Assembly (NCBI GenBank): GCA_964491655.1
Contig: CAZBHT010000001.1
Location: 1 to 49,946 of the forward strand
Source of the DNA: an uncultured Burkholderiaceae bacterium
Lineage (GTDB): Bacteria > Pseudomonadota > Gammaproteobacteria > Burkholderiales > Burkholderiaceae_F
Direction of reading: 5' to 3'
Length of the DNA stretch: 49,946 bases
Below are positions 28,573 to 39,571 of this stretch, in pieces. The position numbers and the translations under genes are program-made. A model generated the notes under the pieces. The model saw only the letters and a list, made by a program, of their open reading frames with translations. It was not told the DNA's origin and ran no database searches. Each line of letters opens with the position of its first letter. Within the stretch, counting starts at the first letter, position 1.

Positions 28573-30942
28573 TTAAGTTTCATCGTCCGCGACTTTGAGC
28601 TCAAAATAGAAAACAACACCCCCATTATCATTATCACGAACGAGTAAACGAGAACTATGGGATTCGATAATACTGCGACAAATCGGCAGTCCAAGTCCTA
28701 AGCCACCGGACTTGGTTGTCAAAAATGGATTCCAAATATTCTTTTTCATGGTATCGGAAATACCGGGACCATGATCTGCTACTTCGAATAGAACATGTCG
28801 TTTATCTTGTTGTAAACGAACATTGAAGAAAATGCGACGATCTAAGCTCTTATGTTCATTGATGGCATCCGCAGCGTTGCGGATGAGGTTTAATAAAACC
28901 TGGAAAATTTGCATACGATCGCACTCTATGAATGGAAGATTTGCCTCGATATTCGTAATAATTTTTACTCGATGGCGTTTCTCGGTCATTTGTGCGAGTT
29001 CCATTGTGTCATTCACTAACAGCGGAATAGCAACCTTGGTTTGAACCGCAGCCTTGCGTTGGGAAAAACTTCGAATGTTTTGAATAATTCTTTCAATGCG
29101 TTTTGATTGAGTTGATATTTTAGTTAAAACTTCCTCAATTCGATCTAAACCAAGACTTTCTGGATTATTGTGAATAATTTCAAGCACGGTATTTGAATAT
29201 GTTGAGATTGCCGTTAATGGTTGATTAATCTCATGAGTAATCGTAGAAGCCATCTCACCTAATGTAATGAGACGAGATGAAATTTCCATCTTCCGAGCCT
29301 GAGTTTCTAGTGATTCCTCCGCTTTTTTAGCGGTTGTCACATCTAGCGCAACTTGCATTGTGACAAGGGTGCCTTCTGTAAGACGAACTCGTGTTTCATT
29401 GACATTAAACCAACGATCTAATGGCTCGACCCATACGGTTTCGTGACGTTGACCATCCGTATTAAATGGAACCGTAAAAGATCGAGAAATTGCAAGATGG
29501 CCATCAATACTGTTACCGAGTTGCTTGGTGTAAATCGTGTTGCGTATTCCTAAAATTCCTCCACTAGGGCTGTTCTGAACCAAAGAAATACAAGAACTCA
29601 CAGAATTCAATAACTTGCGATAGGAGGTAAGTGTATCGTTAATTAAATGCTGACCTTTAGCCTCGGCGGTATTATCCCTTAATGTACAAAGCCATCCGAC
29701 TTGTTTTTTTTCTGAAGAATAGAAAGGACTAGCAAGAAAGGCACAATTTACTTTTTTATCGTCTGCTCGGGTAATACGAATGTCAAAACGTAAATCCTTG
29801 TCTCGGTTGAAGTTGTTTTGGTTAAATGCCGATTTTGTTAGGTATTTTTTCGTTAAGAAGGGCCACGGTTGCTTTTTATCTAGTAGTTCGTCTTGACGAT
29901 AGCCTGTAATTTGTTGAATAGCACCATTGCAGAAAATAATTCGAAAATCCATGTCACAAACAATAACCCCCACAGTCATGGAATATTCAATGGATTGATA
30001 AAGCTTATTTTCTCGATCTAAATAAAGTAATTTTCTTTTCTGTTTTTCAGTTCTTACACTGAGGAATAAAAGGGCTAACAGTAGAGCAAAAATTAAAACG
30101 CTTAACCAAAGCATTAAAGGACTTGAGAAAAGAAGAGGAGCCTCAAGTACTTTGGCGCCAAATAATTGCATCGTAGAGGGTAATGGAGAGATGGGCATTA
30201 CCGTACTTGGAATTGAATTATCCTTTTCATCATTAAAGGAGGCGATACCAGCGATAAATTCTTGTCCATGAACAATACTAAATTCAAATTCCTTATTTTT
30301 AGGTTTCGGTAAAGCTTGCTCAAGTAATCGATTTAGTGAAATACGTGCCATATAGGCTAGAAGTTGCCCATTTTTTTTTGTAAATGGAACTACAAGAGCA
30401 ACAGCGGGAGTTGACCAATCGCCCGATCTCGACCAATAAGAACTATAAGTTGGTCTCTGAGTGTTAAAAGCGGTTGCAATACTGTCTCTAAGTTGTTGTG
30501 GGTATTCTAGATAGTCAAATTTCACTAAATGCATATCATTGTGATATTGCTCCTGAACCCAAGATTGCTGAGACTTACCATTTGGAAGTAGTAGACGCAA
30601 CATGACTACTTCAGGAAATTCTACAAAGATATTTTCAACTTGTTGGTCTTCTTTTTCGCTATTGATAATGATGCGATTAATCGAGTTTTGAAGCGAATTG
30701 AGTTCAAACTCGATATTTCCTGCAATCAACGCAGCGTTCTGCCTTAGATTGGTTTGAACAACCGTTGTCGTATTAATGACAAAGTGATTGTATAAAGCAC
30801 CAAAGGTAATAAGCAAAAGAACTGCGATAGCCCAAATGAATGGGAGTACATTTTTTGGAAGTGAAGAACGTGAGCTAAAGGTCTCAAAGGACTTACTGAA
30901 CCGTTCTGATAGTGGTTTTCCATTGAGTAGGTCTTGGCTCAT
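28573..30942 (-). CDS. FixL-like sensor histidine kinase (periplasmic domain between two TM helices, PAS region, HisKA/HATPase)
   Basis: Two hydrophobic helices (near residue 35 and residue 280). H-box ITHEINQPLTAI, N-box LNLIRNAADA, DHGPGI and GGLGLGLPICR are present. Confidence 0.88.
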   Translation of the reverse strand: MSQDLLNGKPLSERFSKSFETFSSRSSLPKNVLPFIWAIAVLLLITFGALYNHFVINTTTVVQTNLRQNAALIAGNIEFELNSLQNSINRIIINSEKEDQQVENIFVEFPEVVMLRLLLPNGKSQQSWVQEQYHNDMHLVKFDYLEYPQQLRDSIATAFNTQRPTYSSYWSRSGDWSTPAVALVVPFTKKNGQLLAYMARISLNRLLEQALPKPKNKEFEFSIVHGQEFIAGIASFNDEKDNSIPSTVMPISPLPSTMQLFGAKVLEAPLLFSSPLMLWLSVLIFALLLALLFLSVRTEKQKRKLLYLDRENKLYQSIEYSMTVGVIVCDMDFRIIFCNGAIQQITGYRQDELLDKKQPWPFLTKKYLTKSAFNQNNFNRDKDLRFDIRITRADDKKVNCAFLASPFYSSEKKQVGWLCTLRDNTAEAKGQHLINDTLTSYRKLLNSVSSCISLVQNSPSGGILGIRNTIYTKQLGNSIDGHLAISRSFTVPFNTDGQRHETVWVEPLDRWFNVNETRVRLTEGTLVTMQVALDVTTAKKAEESLETQARKMEISSRLITLGEMASTITHEINQPLTAISTYSNTVLEIIHNNPESLGLDRIEEVLTKISTQSKRIERIIQNIRSFSQRKAAVQTKVAIPLLVNDTMELAQMTEKRHRVKIITNIEANLPFIECDRMQIFQVLLNLIRNAADAINEHKSLDRRIFFNVRLQQDKRHVLFEVADHGPGISDTMKKNIWNPFLTTKSGGLGLGLPICRSIIESHSSRLLVRDNDNGGVVFYFELKVADDET

Positions 30943-31097
30943 TAATTCAAGCTCCTGTAATTACCTATAGGATCTATCGGGGGTAAATTTTTAAACAAAT
31001 TCACGCAAAACGAAATAAAACAAACCCGATTAATATCCTAAACCTAAGGACTTCAAGTATATTCTCTTATAAATCCATTTTGAATTGAGGAAAGTCT

Positions 31098-31793
31098 ATG
31101 AATCAGGCTGAATTAAAAAAGCGATGTGCTGAAGCTGCAATAGATTACGTCATTGAAGACGAGTATCTAGGTGTGGGAACGGGTACTACCGTAGGGTTCT
31201 TTATCACGGCACTGGCTATGTCTGGCAAGCGTGTGAAAGGTTGCGTATCAAGTTCAGAAGCGACTACACGTCAGCTTTTGACTTTAGGGTTTCCTGTGTG
31301 TGATTTAAATGATGTCGGTCATTTATCTGTTTACGTCGATGGATGTGACGAAATTAATGATCGTTTCCACATGATTAAAGGTGGTGGTGGAGCCTTAACA
31401 CGTGAAAAAATTTGTGCTGACGCTTCGGATAAATATATCTGTATTGCGGATGAATCAAAGCTCGTCAAGACTTTAGGTAAATTCCCATTACCGATTGAAG
31501 TGTTGCCTATGGCTATTACCAATGTGTCAAATGCATTGAAGCGTTTAGGTGGCGATCCAAAGGTACGTGATTTCGTAACCGATAATGGAAACCGCATTAT
31601 TGACGTACATGGTCTAGTTATCGAGGATCCTGTTGCGCTTGAAAGTCAAATTAACCAAATTCCAGGGGTGGTTACCTGTGGTATTTTTGGTGCAAGAGGT
31701 GCAGATGTTTTGCTTTTGGCTACAGGCGATGGTGTTCGTGTGCTTGAACCTGCAGATAAAGATATTTTGTCCAAAATGAAGCAAAAACTTTAG
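31098..31793 (+). CDS. rpiA: Ribose-5-phosphate isomerase A
   Basis: LGVGTGTTV, YVDGCDE and KGGGGALTREK motifs. Confidence 0.93.
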   Translation: MNQAELKKRCAEAAIDYVIEDEYLGVGTGTTVGFFITALAMSGKRVKGCVSSSEATTRQLLTLGFPVCDLNDVGHLSVYVDGCDEINDRFHMIKGGGGALTREKICADASDKYICIADESKLVKTLGKFPLPIEVLPMAITNVSNALKRLGGDPKVRDFVTDNGNRIIDVHGLVIEDPVALESQINQIPGVVTCGIFGARGADVLLLATGDGVRVLEPADKDILSKMKQKL

Positions 31794-31808
31794 GTTTGAA
31801 TCGATAAT

Positions 31809-31843
31809 AAAAAACGGCAGATTCTTTAATGCAGATCTGCCGT
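31809..31843 (-). terminator. Intrinsic terminator after yggX (probably shared with convergent rpiA)
   Basis: Stem acggcagat (31814-31822) / atctgccgt (31835-31843). On the - strand it is followed by tttttatt. On the + strand no T-run follows. Confidence 0.72.
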
Positions 31844-31868
31844 GTCAGTTCTGAGCCAAGGAACTTGA

Positions 31869-32147
31869 TTAAGACTTGTCCTCTGGAGCAACAAAATTTT
31901 CAGGATGGGCGACGCCTGCACCAAAGAAATGTTCTTTGATTTGTTCCATGAGCCATTGACGAGCACGAGGATCGGCCATGGATAGGCGATTTTCGTTTAC
32001 CAACATTGTCTGAAGGCGTTTCCATTGATCCCAAGCTTCTTTGGAAACATTCAAATAGATTTTTTTGCCTAATTCACCAGGTAGTGGTGGAAAATCCAAA
32101 CCTTCTGCTTCTCTGCCAAGTTTGACGCAATGTACCATGCGTGTCAT
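31869..32147 (-). CDS. yggX: Fe(2+)-trafficking / oxidative-damage protection protein YggX
   Basis: 92 aa. [27 protein letters not shown]...[18 protein letters not shown] is colinear with E. coli YggX. Confidence 0.9.
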   Translation of the reverse strand: MTRMVHCVKLGREAEGLDFPPLPGELGKKIYLNVSKEAWDQWKRLQTMLVNENRLSMADPRARQWLMEQIKEHFFGAGVAHPENFVAPEDKS

Positions 32148-32210
32148 TTAACTCTCCTAGCTTTACTAATGGTAAAAGTATATCCGATTCTATGGGACTA
32201 ACTATTCTGT

Positions 32211-33554
32211 CTAAAGATCCTTAATAAATATTTGGGATCGTCTCTGCCAATTGTAAAGTTTACGCTTGGCAATCGGTAAATCCTCCAGCGTTGCTGGTTT
32301 AAAACCTCGTTTTAAGAACCAATGGGCGGTTCGTGTTGTGAGCACAAAGAGCTTAGTTAAACCCATCGACCGTGCTTTTTTCTCAATGTGATGTAAAAGT
32401 CGTTCACCTTCACCACTACCCTGATGAAGAGCATTAACAACTAGAGCTCCCATTTCCCCGATTTTCTCGGAACTGAATGGATAGAGTGCAGCACTGCCGT
32501 AGATAATACCGTCATGTTCCAATAAGGTATAGCAGTTAATTTCACGTTCGAGCTTTTCTCTAGGACGCTTTACGAGAGTGCCATCTTCTTCTAATGGCTC
32601 TAATAAATGAATAAGTGCGGTCACATCATCGATCGTAGCATCTCGAATACAGGCCATGTTTTCTTCGGTTACCATTGTGCCAATCCCTTCATGAGTTAGC
32701 AATTCGGCCAAAATGCCTCCATCGAGAAAATAAGGAAGAATGTGAACACGTTTTACACCACGATATAAAGCCTTTAAAGCATATCCGAGGTTATAGATAT
32801 CTTCATCATCGACTAGTTTATTGTCCATGAGTTCCTTAGCTTGATCGCTGGTAAGCTCTGATACTACTTCACCAAAACGACGAACTCCATCGACATTTCC
32901 CAAAAGAACCAATTTATCTGCTTTTAAGGCACCAGAAATGGATGAAGCTACATCTTCCATTGCAAGATTGAACGCTTCACCTGTAGGAGAAAATCCTAAA
33001 GGTGCCACAACGACAATACTATGGTTGTTTAGTTGATGAGATATCGCTTCAGCATCGACTTTTCGGACCACGCCGGTGTGCTTATAGTCGGTACCATTAA
33101 TGATTCCTAAAGGACGTGCAATGACGAAATTGCCACTAATCACACGACATTGGCTATGGGCCATAGGGGTGTTAGGAAGGCCGGTTGAGAAGGCGGCCTC
33201 GATGTCAAGACGGACTTCACCCGCGGCTTCCTTGACGCAACTTAAAACATCCGTTTCTGTGATGCGTAACCCATTGACGAATTCAGAATGGATTCCTTTT
33301 AAATTGATGAGTTCTTCAACTTGAGGACGAACGCCATAACAGAGAACAATCTTTGCGCCAATGGCGGAAAGCATGCTTAAGTCGTAGATAAATTTAGTAA
33401 GTTGACCGTTTGCAATCATTTCTCCAGCAACGCCAATAACAATCGTTTTATCTCGTAAAGCATGAATATAAGGGGCTACACCTCTGAGCCATTGAACCCA
33501 CGGGGTAATGGATTCTGCTTCAAGCTGAAGTTCTTCTTGAATATTTTGTTCCAT
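32211..33554 (-). CDS. argA: Amino-acid N-acetyltransferase (N-acetylglutamate synthase)
   Basis: 447 aa. An N-terminal amino-acid kinase fold (FVxWLR-like WVQWLRGVAPYIHALRDKTIVIG) is followed by a C-terminal GNAT domain (QGSGEGERLL). Confidence 0.92.
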   Translation of the reverse strand: MEQNIQEELQLEAESITPWVQWLRGVAPYIHALRDKTIVIGVAGEMIANGQLTKFIYDLSMLSAIGAKIVLCYGVRPQVEELINLKGIHSEFVNGLRITETDVLSCVKEAAGEVRLDIEAAFSTGLPNTPMAHSQCRVISGNFVIARPLGIINGTDYKHTGVVRKVDAEAISHQLNNHSIVVVAPLGFSPTGEAFNLAMEDVASSISGALKADKLVLLGNVDGVRRFGEVVSELTSDQAKELMDNKLVDDEDIYNLGYALKALYRGVKRVHILPYFLDGGILAELLTHEGIGTMVTEENMACIRDATIDDVTALIHLLEPLEEDGTLVKRPREKLEREINCYTLLEHDGIIYGSAALYPFSSEKIGEMGALVVNALHQGSGEGERLLHHIEKKARSMGLTKLFVLTTRTAHWFLKRGFKPATLEDLPIAKRKLYNWQRRSQIFIKDL

Positions 33555-33628
33555 TTTAAAAGCCCTTTGAAAAAGTTCGGGACATTATAATTTTTAAAGT
33601 TTTGAAAACTCTTTTTTATAGCAGATTG

Positions 33629-36600
33629 ATGTCCGATTTAAAAAATTTACGTGCTTTAATTGAAAAACAACGTACTCAAAACAATTTAAAAAAGAAAAAA
33701 GATTTGAGTAGCCCTGAAAAGAAACCTCAGAGAGAATGTTTAGATGGTTCTAAACGAAATAGCTCAAATAAAGTCGACAAAGGGATTACACGAAATAAGC
33801 CGGCTCTTCTCGAATTAAATCCTAATTTTCCTGTTACGGATAAAGCTGAAGAAATTTCGGACGCTATATCAAACAATCAGATCGTGATTGTCTCGGGGGA
33901 AACAGGGAGTGGAAAAACCACTCAGTTACCTAAGATTTGTCTTCAACTCGGACGAGGTCAGGCTGGCTTGATCGGACATACTCAGCCTCGGAGAATCGCT
34001 GCGACGTCAATCGCAAAACGTCTTGCTGAAGAAACTAAAACAGAATTGGGTACCGTTGTAGGTTACAAAATTCGCTTCAAAGAAAATATTGAACCTAAAG
34101 CGAGTATCAAATTGATGACGGATGGGATCCTTCTTGCAGAAACACAAAGCGATCCATTATTAAAGGCTTACGATACTATTATTTTGGATGAAGCTCATGA
34201 GAGAAGCTTAAACATTGATTTTCTTCTCGGCTATTTCCGAGAGATTCTTCCTAAAAGACCGGATTTAAAGCTTATTATTACTTCGGCTACGATTGACTCC
34301 GAACGTTTTGCTAATCATTTTGAGCCCGTTAACGGAAAAAGAGTTCCGATTATCAATGTGTCAGGTCGAACCTATCCGGTTCAGGTTCGTTATCGTCCCA
34401 TTCAAGATGAGGACGAAAATGATGACCGTACCATGATGCAAGCGATTTGCGATGCTTGCGATGAATTAATGATTGCAGGGATGGGTGATATTCTTGTTTT
34501 TCTCCCAGGGGAGCGGGAAATTAGAGAGGCAGGAGAGGCTCTTAGAAAATATGCTCTTAAAGGCGTAGAAATCTTACCGCTTTATTCTCGATTAAGTTCT
34601 GAAGAGCAAGATCGTATTTTCAAGTCAAAAGGGGGGCGACGGATCATTTTATCAACGAATGTCGCAGAAACCTCTCTGACCGTTCCAGGAATCCGTTTTG
34701 TTGTAGATACTGGATTAGCCCGAGTTAAACGCTATTCGTATCGAAATAAGGTAGAACAATTACAGATTGAACCGATTAGTCAATCCGCAGCGGAGCAACG
34801 AGCCGGTCGTTGTGGTCGAGTTGCTAACGGTATATGTATTCGTTTATATGATGAATCCGATTTTATCAAACGTCCTAAATATACGGATCCAGAAATTTTA
34901 AGAAGTTCCCTTGCTACGGTAATTCTACGCATGAAAGCTTTGAAGCTTTCAGATGTTAGATCATTTCCATTTGTTGAAGCCCCTCCCTCAAGAGCTATTA
35001 CGGATGGATATGATTTGTTAATTGAACTTAATGCAGTTAATGCGCGTGGGTCAGATCTAACCGCCATCGGGGAGGTTTTAGCTAAGTTGCCATTGGACGC
35101 TAAAATTGCTCGCATTTTATTGGCTGGTTTTGAAAATCATGCGTTAGCAGAAGTTCTTATCATCGCGGCGGGTATCAGTGTTCAAGATCCGAGGGAACGT
35201 CCCATCGAAGCTCAACAGCAAGCCGAACAAGCGCACCGTAAATTCGCTGACGAACGCAGTGATTTTCTTTCATGGATCAAACTATGGAATTACATGCAAG
35301 AAAAAATTGCGAATAAGAAGAGTAATCGTCTTTTAGAACAGGAATTTAAACAACAATATCTTTCGACAAGAAAAATGCGTGAGTGGCGCGATGTGTATCG
35401 TCAACTCAAAGATATGGTTGGTGAAATGGGCTGGAAGATCAATACAGTAGAAGCCACCTATGAACAATTACATAAAGCATTAATGACCGGATTACTAGGA
35501 AATTTAGGACTTCGTTCATTAGAAACAGATTTTCGTTCAGCACCATACGTTGGAGCACGAAATATAAAATTTTGGATTTGGCCGGGTTCATTTTTAGTCA
35601 AGCGTGCAGGCAAATGGGTCATGGCGGCGGAAGTCGTTGAAACTTCAAAGTTATTTGCTCGAACCATTGCAACGATTCAACCAGAATGGGTTGAAAGTGT
35701 TGGCGCCCACTTAATCAAAAAATCTTGGACTGAACCTCACTGGGAAAAAAAGGCAGGTAGTGTCATTGCTTTTGAAAAAGGTACGATATATGGTCTGCCT
35801 TTATACGGGCAAAGACGAGTTAACTTTTCAAGTAAAGATCCTAAATTGTCTCGAGAGATTTTTATCCGTGAAGCTTTAGTTAATGGTGAATTCGATATAC
35901 AGGCTCCATTTTGGTCCCATAACCGAAATTTAATTAATGAAATTAAAGAATTGGAGCATAAATCGAGGCGTCCTGATGTATTGGTTGATGAACAAATCTT
36001 ATTTAATTTCTATGAAGGGAAAATTGATGATTCGGTAGTCGGAAAGGTATCTTTTGATATTTGGAGATTAAAAGCAGAAAAAGAAAATCCGAAGATTCTG
36101 TTTCTATCTCGCCAAGACCTTATGCGCCATAATGCGTCCGGAATCACGATTGAGTATTATCCTAAAAAGATAGAAATGTCCGGTGTCACGATGGCACTTA
36201 CCTATAACTTTGAACCTGGTTCATTAAGAGATGGGGTCACGTTAACGGTACCATTATTTATGCTTAACCAAATCGATGAGGAGCGATTAGAGTGGTTGGT
36301 TCCTGGAATGGTTAAAGAAAAAGTTCAGGCACTATTAAAGTCACTACCACAACGGTATAGAAGGCATTTTGTTCCATTACCAACTTGGGCAAAGGCATTT
36401 GCTGAACAATATGATGAACCAGAAGGGAATTTTTACGAAGCAATCATCAAGAAAGCAAGAGCAGATTTCCGTTTGGATATTAAGAAAAGCGACTTCAAGT
36501 TGGAGCTCGTTGCCCCTCATTTATTCATAAATTACAAAATAGTTGATGAACATGGACGTCAGATTGGGATGTCTCGTAACTTGTCTCAGTTAAAGAGCGA

Positions 36601-37549
36601 ATTTGGAGATCAAGCTAGGGGTAACTTTCAAAATTTTGCTGAACAAGATGTCAGAATTGCAGATGATTTACAGGAAAAAATCACTTCGTGGAATTTTGGT
36701 GAGTTGCCGGACATTATGGAAATTCATCGAAAAGGAATCACTCTTATTGGACATCCAGCTATTGTCGACAAAGGAGATTATTGTTCTATAGAGGTATTTG
36801 ATGATCCGGACCATGCTTTTGAATTAACCAAAATAGGTATTCGTAAGTTATTGTCTCTACAACTTAAAGAACAAATTAAGTATTTAGATAAGGGACTAAA
36901 AGTACTACAAACTACGCAGATGCGAGCTTCGACATTGCCATACCTTTCTCCAAGTTTTGAATCTTTTGAAGAGTTAAAGCAACAGGTTGTGAATGCTACT
37001 TTGAATCAGATCATGAGTGATACAAAATTACCTCAGAATTTGCAAATGTTTGAGGAACTTTGTAATCAAACCAGAGTAAAACTTAATCTGTTAGGTTTGG
37101 AGATTGGGAAATTAATTTCAACGATTGTTAGTGAATCAGCACTAGTACAAAGAAAACTCAACGGGCTTAAAGACTTTAAAGACGTAAAAAAAGATATAGA
37201 GACTCAATTAAATGATTTGTTCCCTAAAAGATTTATACAGAATATTCCGTATCAGTACTTATGTCATTATCCGAGGTATTTAAAAGCGATTGATTTACGT
37301 CTTGATAAATTGCGATCTAATATGGATCGGGATGCCGTTAAAATGCAAGAAATTCAACAAGTTGAAATTAACTATAAGCGAGAAGTTATACGTAGAAAAG
37401 GTGTATATGATTCCCGTTTAGTTGAATTTGGTAATCTTTTACAAGAATTGCGAGTTTCTTTATTTGCACAAGAGTTGCGTACTCCGATGCCAGTGAGTGT
37501 GAAGCGACTTACAAAAATTTGGCAATCGATGATTGGTGAAATGAGGTAA
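33629..37549 (+). CDS. hrpA: ATP-dependent RNA helicase HrpA (DEAH-box)
   Basis: GETGSGKTTQLPK, DEAHERS, SATID, TNVAETSLTVPG and QRAGRCGR, plus the long HrpA-specific C-terminal region. ATG 33629 is preferred over the ORF-track TTG 33602. Confidence 0.95.
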   Translation: MSDLKNLRALIEKQRTQNNLKKKKDLSSPEKKPQRECLDGSKRNSSNKVDKGITRNKPALLELNPNFPVTDKAEEISDAISNNQIVIVSGETGSGKTTQLPKICLQLGRGQAGLIGHTQPRRIAATSIAKRLAEETKTELGTVVGYKIRFKENIEPKASIKLMTDGILLAETQSDPLLKAYDTIILDEAHERSLNIDFLLGYFREILPKRPDLKLIITSATIDSERFANHFEPVNGKRVPIINVSGRTYPVQVRYRPIQDEDENDDRTMMQAICDACDELMIAGMGDILVFLPGEREIREAGEALRKYALKGVEILPLYSRLSSEEQDRIFKSKGGRRIILSTNVAETSLTVPGIRFVVDTGLARVKRYSYRNKVEQLQIEPISQSAAEQRAGRCGRVANGICIRLYDESDFIKRPKYTDPEILRSSLATVILRMKALKLSDVRSFPFVEAPPSRAITDGYDLLIELNAVNARGSDLTAIGEVLAKLPLDAKIARILLAGFENHALAEVLIIAAGISVQDPRERPIEAQQQAEQAHRKFADERSDFLSWIKLWNYMQEKIANKKSNRLLEQEFKQQYLSTRKMREWRDVYRQLKDMVGEMGWKINTVEATYEQLHKALMTGLLGNLGLRSLETDFRSAPYVGARNIKFWIWPGSFLVKRAGKWVMAAEVVETSKLFARTIATIQPEWVESVGAHLIKKSWTEPHWEKKAGSVIAFEKGTIYGLPLYGQRRVNFSSKDPKLSREIFIREALVNGEFDIQAPFWSHNRNLINEIKELEHKSRRPDVLVDEQILFNFYEGKIDDSVVGKVSFDIWRLKAEKENPKILFLSRQDLMRHNASGITIEYYPKKIEMSGVTMALTYNFEPGSLRDGVTLTVPLFMLNQIDEERLEWLVPGMVKEKVQALLKSLPQRYRRHFVPLPTWAKAFAEQYDEPEGNFYEAIIKKARADFRLDIKKSDFKLELVAPHLFINYKIVDEHGRQIGMSRNLSQLKSEFGDQARGNFQNFAEQDVRIADDLQEKITSWNFGELPDIMEIHRKGITLIGHPAIVDKGDYCSIEVFDDPDHAFELTKIGIRKLLSLQLKEQIKYLDKGLKVLQTTQMRASTLPYLSPSFESFEELKQQVVNATLNQIMSDTKLPQNLQMFEELCNQTRVKLNLLGLEIGKLISTIVSESALVQRKLNGLKDFKDVKKDIETQLNDLFPKRFIQNIPYQYLCHYPRYLKAIDLRLDKLRSNMDRDAVKMQEIQQVEINYKREVIRRKGVYDSRLVEFGNLLQELRVSLFAQELRTPMPVSVKRLTKIWQSMIGEMR

Positions 37550-37626
37550 TTTCTGTTTAGTAGGATTACACTTCGGACTGAGTAGGTTTGCGAATCATTA
37601 AGAATGTAGTGATCTCGGGTTTTGAA

Positions 37627-38745
37627 ATGAGGGTCGTGGCGTTTATTTTTTCGGTAATTCTCATGTGTACCATGAGTTTATATAGTATGACGGTCGATGC
37701 GTCTACTACAGAGTCAGCGACGAGTACGGTAAAAAAACGGGATCAAAAAAAGACCAATCAAGTTAAGAAAAAGACAAATAAGAAAGCAAAAGTAGCCAAA
37801 AAGAGCGAAAAAGGAAAATATAAAGCGACTAAACAGCGCTATAAGGTCACTTATGTAACCAGAAATGGAAAACGTGTTGCGATTAGGACTCCGATATACA
37901 AGAAATATTCTGTATATCGACCTCGCGTATCAAGAAGGTTAGGAATATTAAAAGCTCGGGCTCTAGAGAGAGGAAAAGATCCGGTAAATGATCCTTTGCT
38001 GTTGTCTACCGGTGCGGTGTTAGCCTACGATCTTGAAAACAATAAGGTGTTGTATGAAAAAAATGCTGATGAGCCGATGGCAATTGCATCGATTACTAAG
38101 CTAATGACCGCATTAGTCATTGTGGAATCCAAGGTTAATTTGGATCGGAAATTTTTAGTAACCCGTGCCGACTGTGTGAGATCTGGTTCTCGTTCAAAAT
38201 TGCGTCCGGGCATGAAGGTATCTCGCCGGACGGCATTGCATTTGGCACTGATGAGTTCGGATAATCGAGCTGCGCAGTTTTTGGCACGAACCTATCCTGG
38301 GGGAGTTCGAACCTTTGTTCGCGATATGAATACTAAGGCAGTTCTACTTAATATGACGGATACTGTTTTCTATGATTCGACTGGGTTGCACAATGGTAAT
38401 AAGTCATCGGCAATGGATTTGTCACATTTGATTGCGAGCGCTTCGGAATATCGCATTATTCGTGAATATTCAACTTCCCCTACAATGTCGTTGCCTTATG
38501 GTCGAAGAACCATCGTAAGTCGGACAACCAACCGTTTTGTTTTAGATCCGGATTGGGATATTGATTTACAGAAGACTGGGCTGACTACCGCTGCGGGGTA
38601 CTGCATGGTCATGCAAACAAATATTTCGGGTCGGCCCGTGGCGATGATCTTTTTAGATGCACCAAATAAATCAGCTCGTAATTCGGATATTCAAAAAGTT
38701 CGTGATTGGATCAGTGAATCGAGCGTTTTTCAAACGGCTAGTTGA
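37627..38745 (+). CDS. pbpG: D-alanyl-D-alanine endopeptidase/carboxypeptidase (peptidase S11, PBP7-like) with a basic N-terminal linker
   Basis: SxxK (ASITKLMT), SxN (SSDNRAA) and KTG (KTGLTTAAG) motifs. ATG 37627 gives a signal-peptide-like N-terminus MRVVAFIFSVILMC. The ORF-track TTG 37588 is unlikely. Confidence 0.85.
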   Translation: MRVVAFIFSVILMCTMSLYSMTVDASTTESATSTVKKRDQKKTNQVKKKTNKKAKVAKKSEKGKYKATKQRYKVTYVTRNGKRVAIRTPIYKKYSVYRPRVSRRLGILKARALERGKDPVNDPLLLSTGAVLAYDLENNKVLYEKNADEPMAIASITKLMTALVIVESKVNLDRKFLVTRADCVRSGSRSKLRPGMKVSRRTALHLALMSSDNRAAQFLARTYPGGVRTFVRDMNTKAVLLNMTDTVFYDSTGLHNGNKSSAMDLSHLIASASEYRIIREYSTSPTMSLPYGRRTIVSRTTNRFVLDPDWDIDLQKTGLTTAAGYCMVMQTNISGRPVAMIFLDAPNKSARNSDIQKVRDWISESSVFQTAS

Positions 38746-38797
38746 TAGATTTATAAAATAGTTTGATGAAGTAGGTTTAGGTCTTAGGAGAAATAAG

Positions 38798-39571
38798 TTG
38801 CGTGAGATTGTGCTGGATACAGAAACGACCGGTTTGCAAGCAAAAGGCGGTGATCGTGTTGTCGAGATTGGTTGTGTCGAGTTATCTCGCTATGGAATAA
38901 CAGACCGAACCTATCATCAGTTGATTAATCCAGAACGGGAAGTTCCGGAAGAAGTCGTTAGGGTACACGGATTAACAACAGAGCGCCTTTCTACTGAGCC
39001 CAAATTTGCTGAAATTATTGATGAATTCAGTGATTTTGTACGAGGAGCTCGCATTATTATCCATAATGCTCCTTTTGACGTTGGATTCTTAGATGAGGAA
39101 TTCAGGCGTTTAAATCGCCCTGTTTTTTCAGAAATTGTTTCAGAAATTGTTGACAGTCTTGAATTGGCGAAAAATGTACATCCTCAAATGCGTAATACAT
39201 TGGATGCGCTTTGCGTCCGGTACGGCATTGATAATTCACATCGAACAACCCACGGAGCTCTTCTAGATTCGGAACTTTTGGCTCAAGTCTATTTGATACT
39301 ACGCCAACAGCAAGGTAGTTTTTCTTTAGAGAATGAAGAAAAAGTAGAAGAATCGGTTGGAGAACTAACGATTGATACGTCTTTACTAAAAGTTATCCGT
39401 GCAACAGAAGACGAATTGATGCTCCATGAAAAATTTCTGGATCATATGGAGAAAAAAGGTAAATCGAATTATCGTAAAACTGAAGAAGAATTCCAGAAAA
39501 TGCGTTCAGATGAGGCGAACCTATTAATGCAAGCTCAAGAAAAAGCTCGCGGAATTACGACGAATCTGTAA
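38798..39571 (+). CDS. dnaQ: DNA polymerase III epsilon subunit (3'-5' proofreading exonuclease)
   Basis: Exo motifs IVLDTETTGL, IIHNAPFDVGFL and HGALLDSELLAQVY. The start is TTG after aggaga. Confidence 0.93.
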   Translation: MREIVLDTETTGLQAKGGDRVVEIGCVELSRYGITDRTYHQLINPEREVPEEVVRVHGLTTERLSTEPKFAEIIDEFSDFVRGARIIIHNAPFDVGFLDEEFRRLNRPVFSEIVSEIVDSLELAKNVHPQMRNTLDALCVRYGIDNSHRTTHGALLDSELLAQVYLILRQQQGSFSLENEEKVEESVGELTIDTSLLKVIRATEDELMLHEKFLDHMEKKGKSNYRKTEEEFQKMRSDEANLLMQAQEKARGITTNL

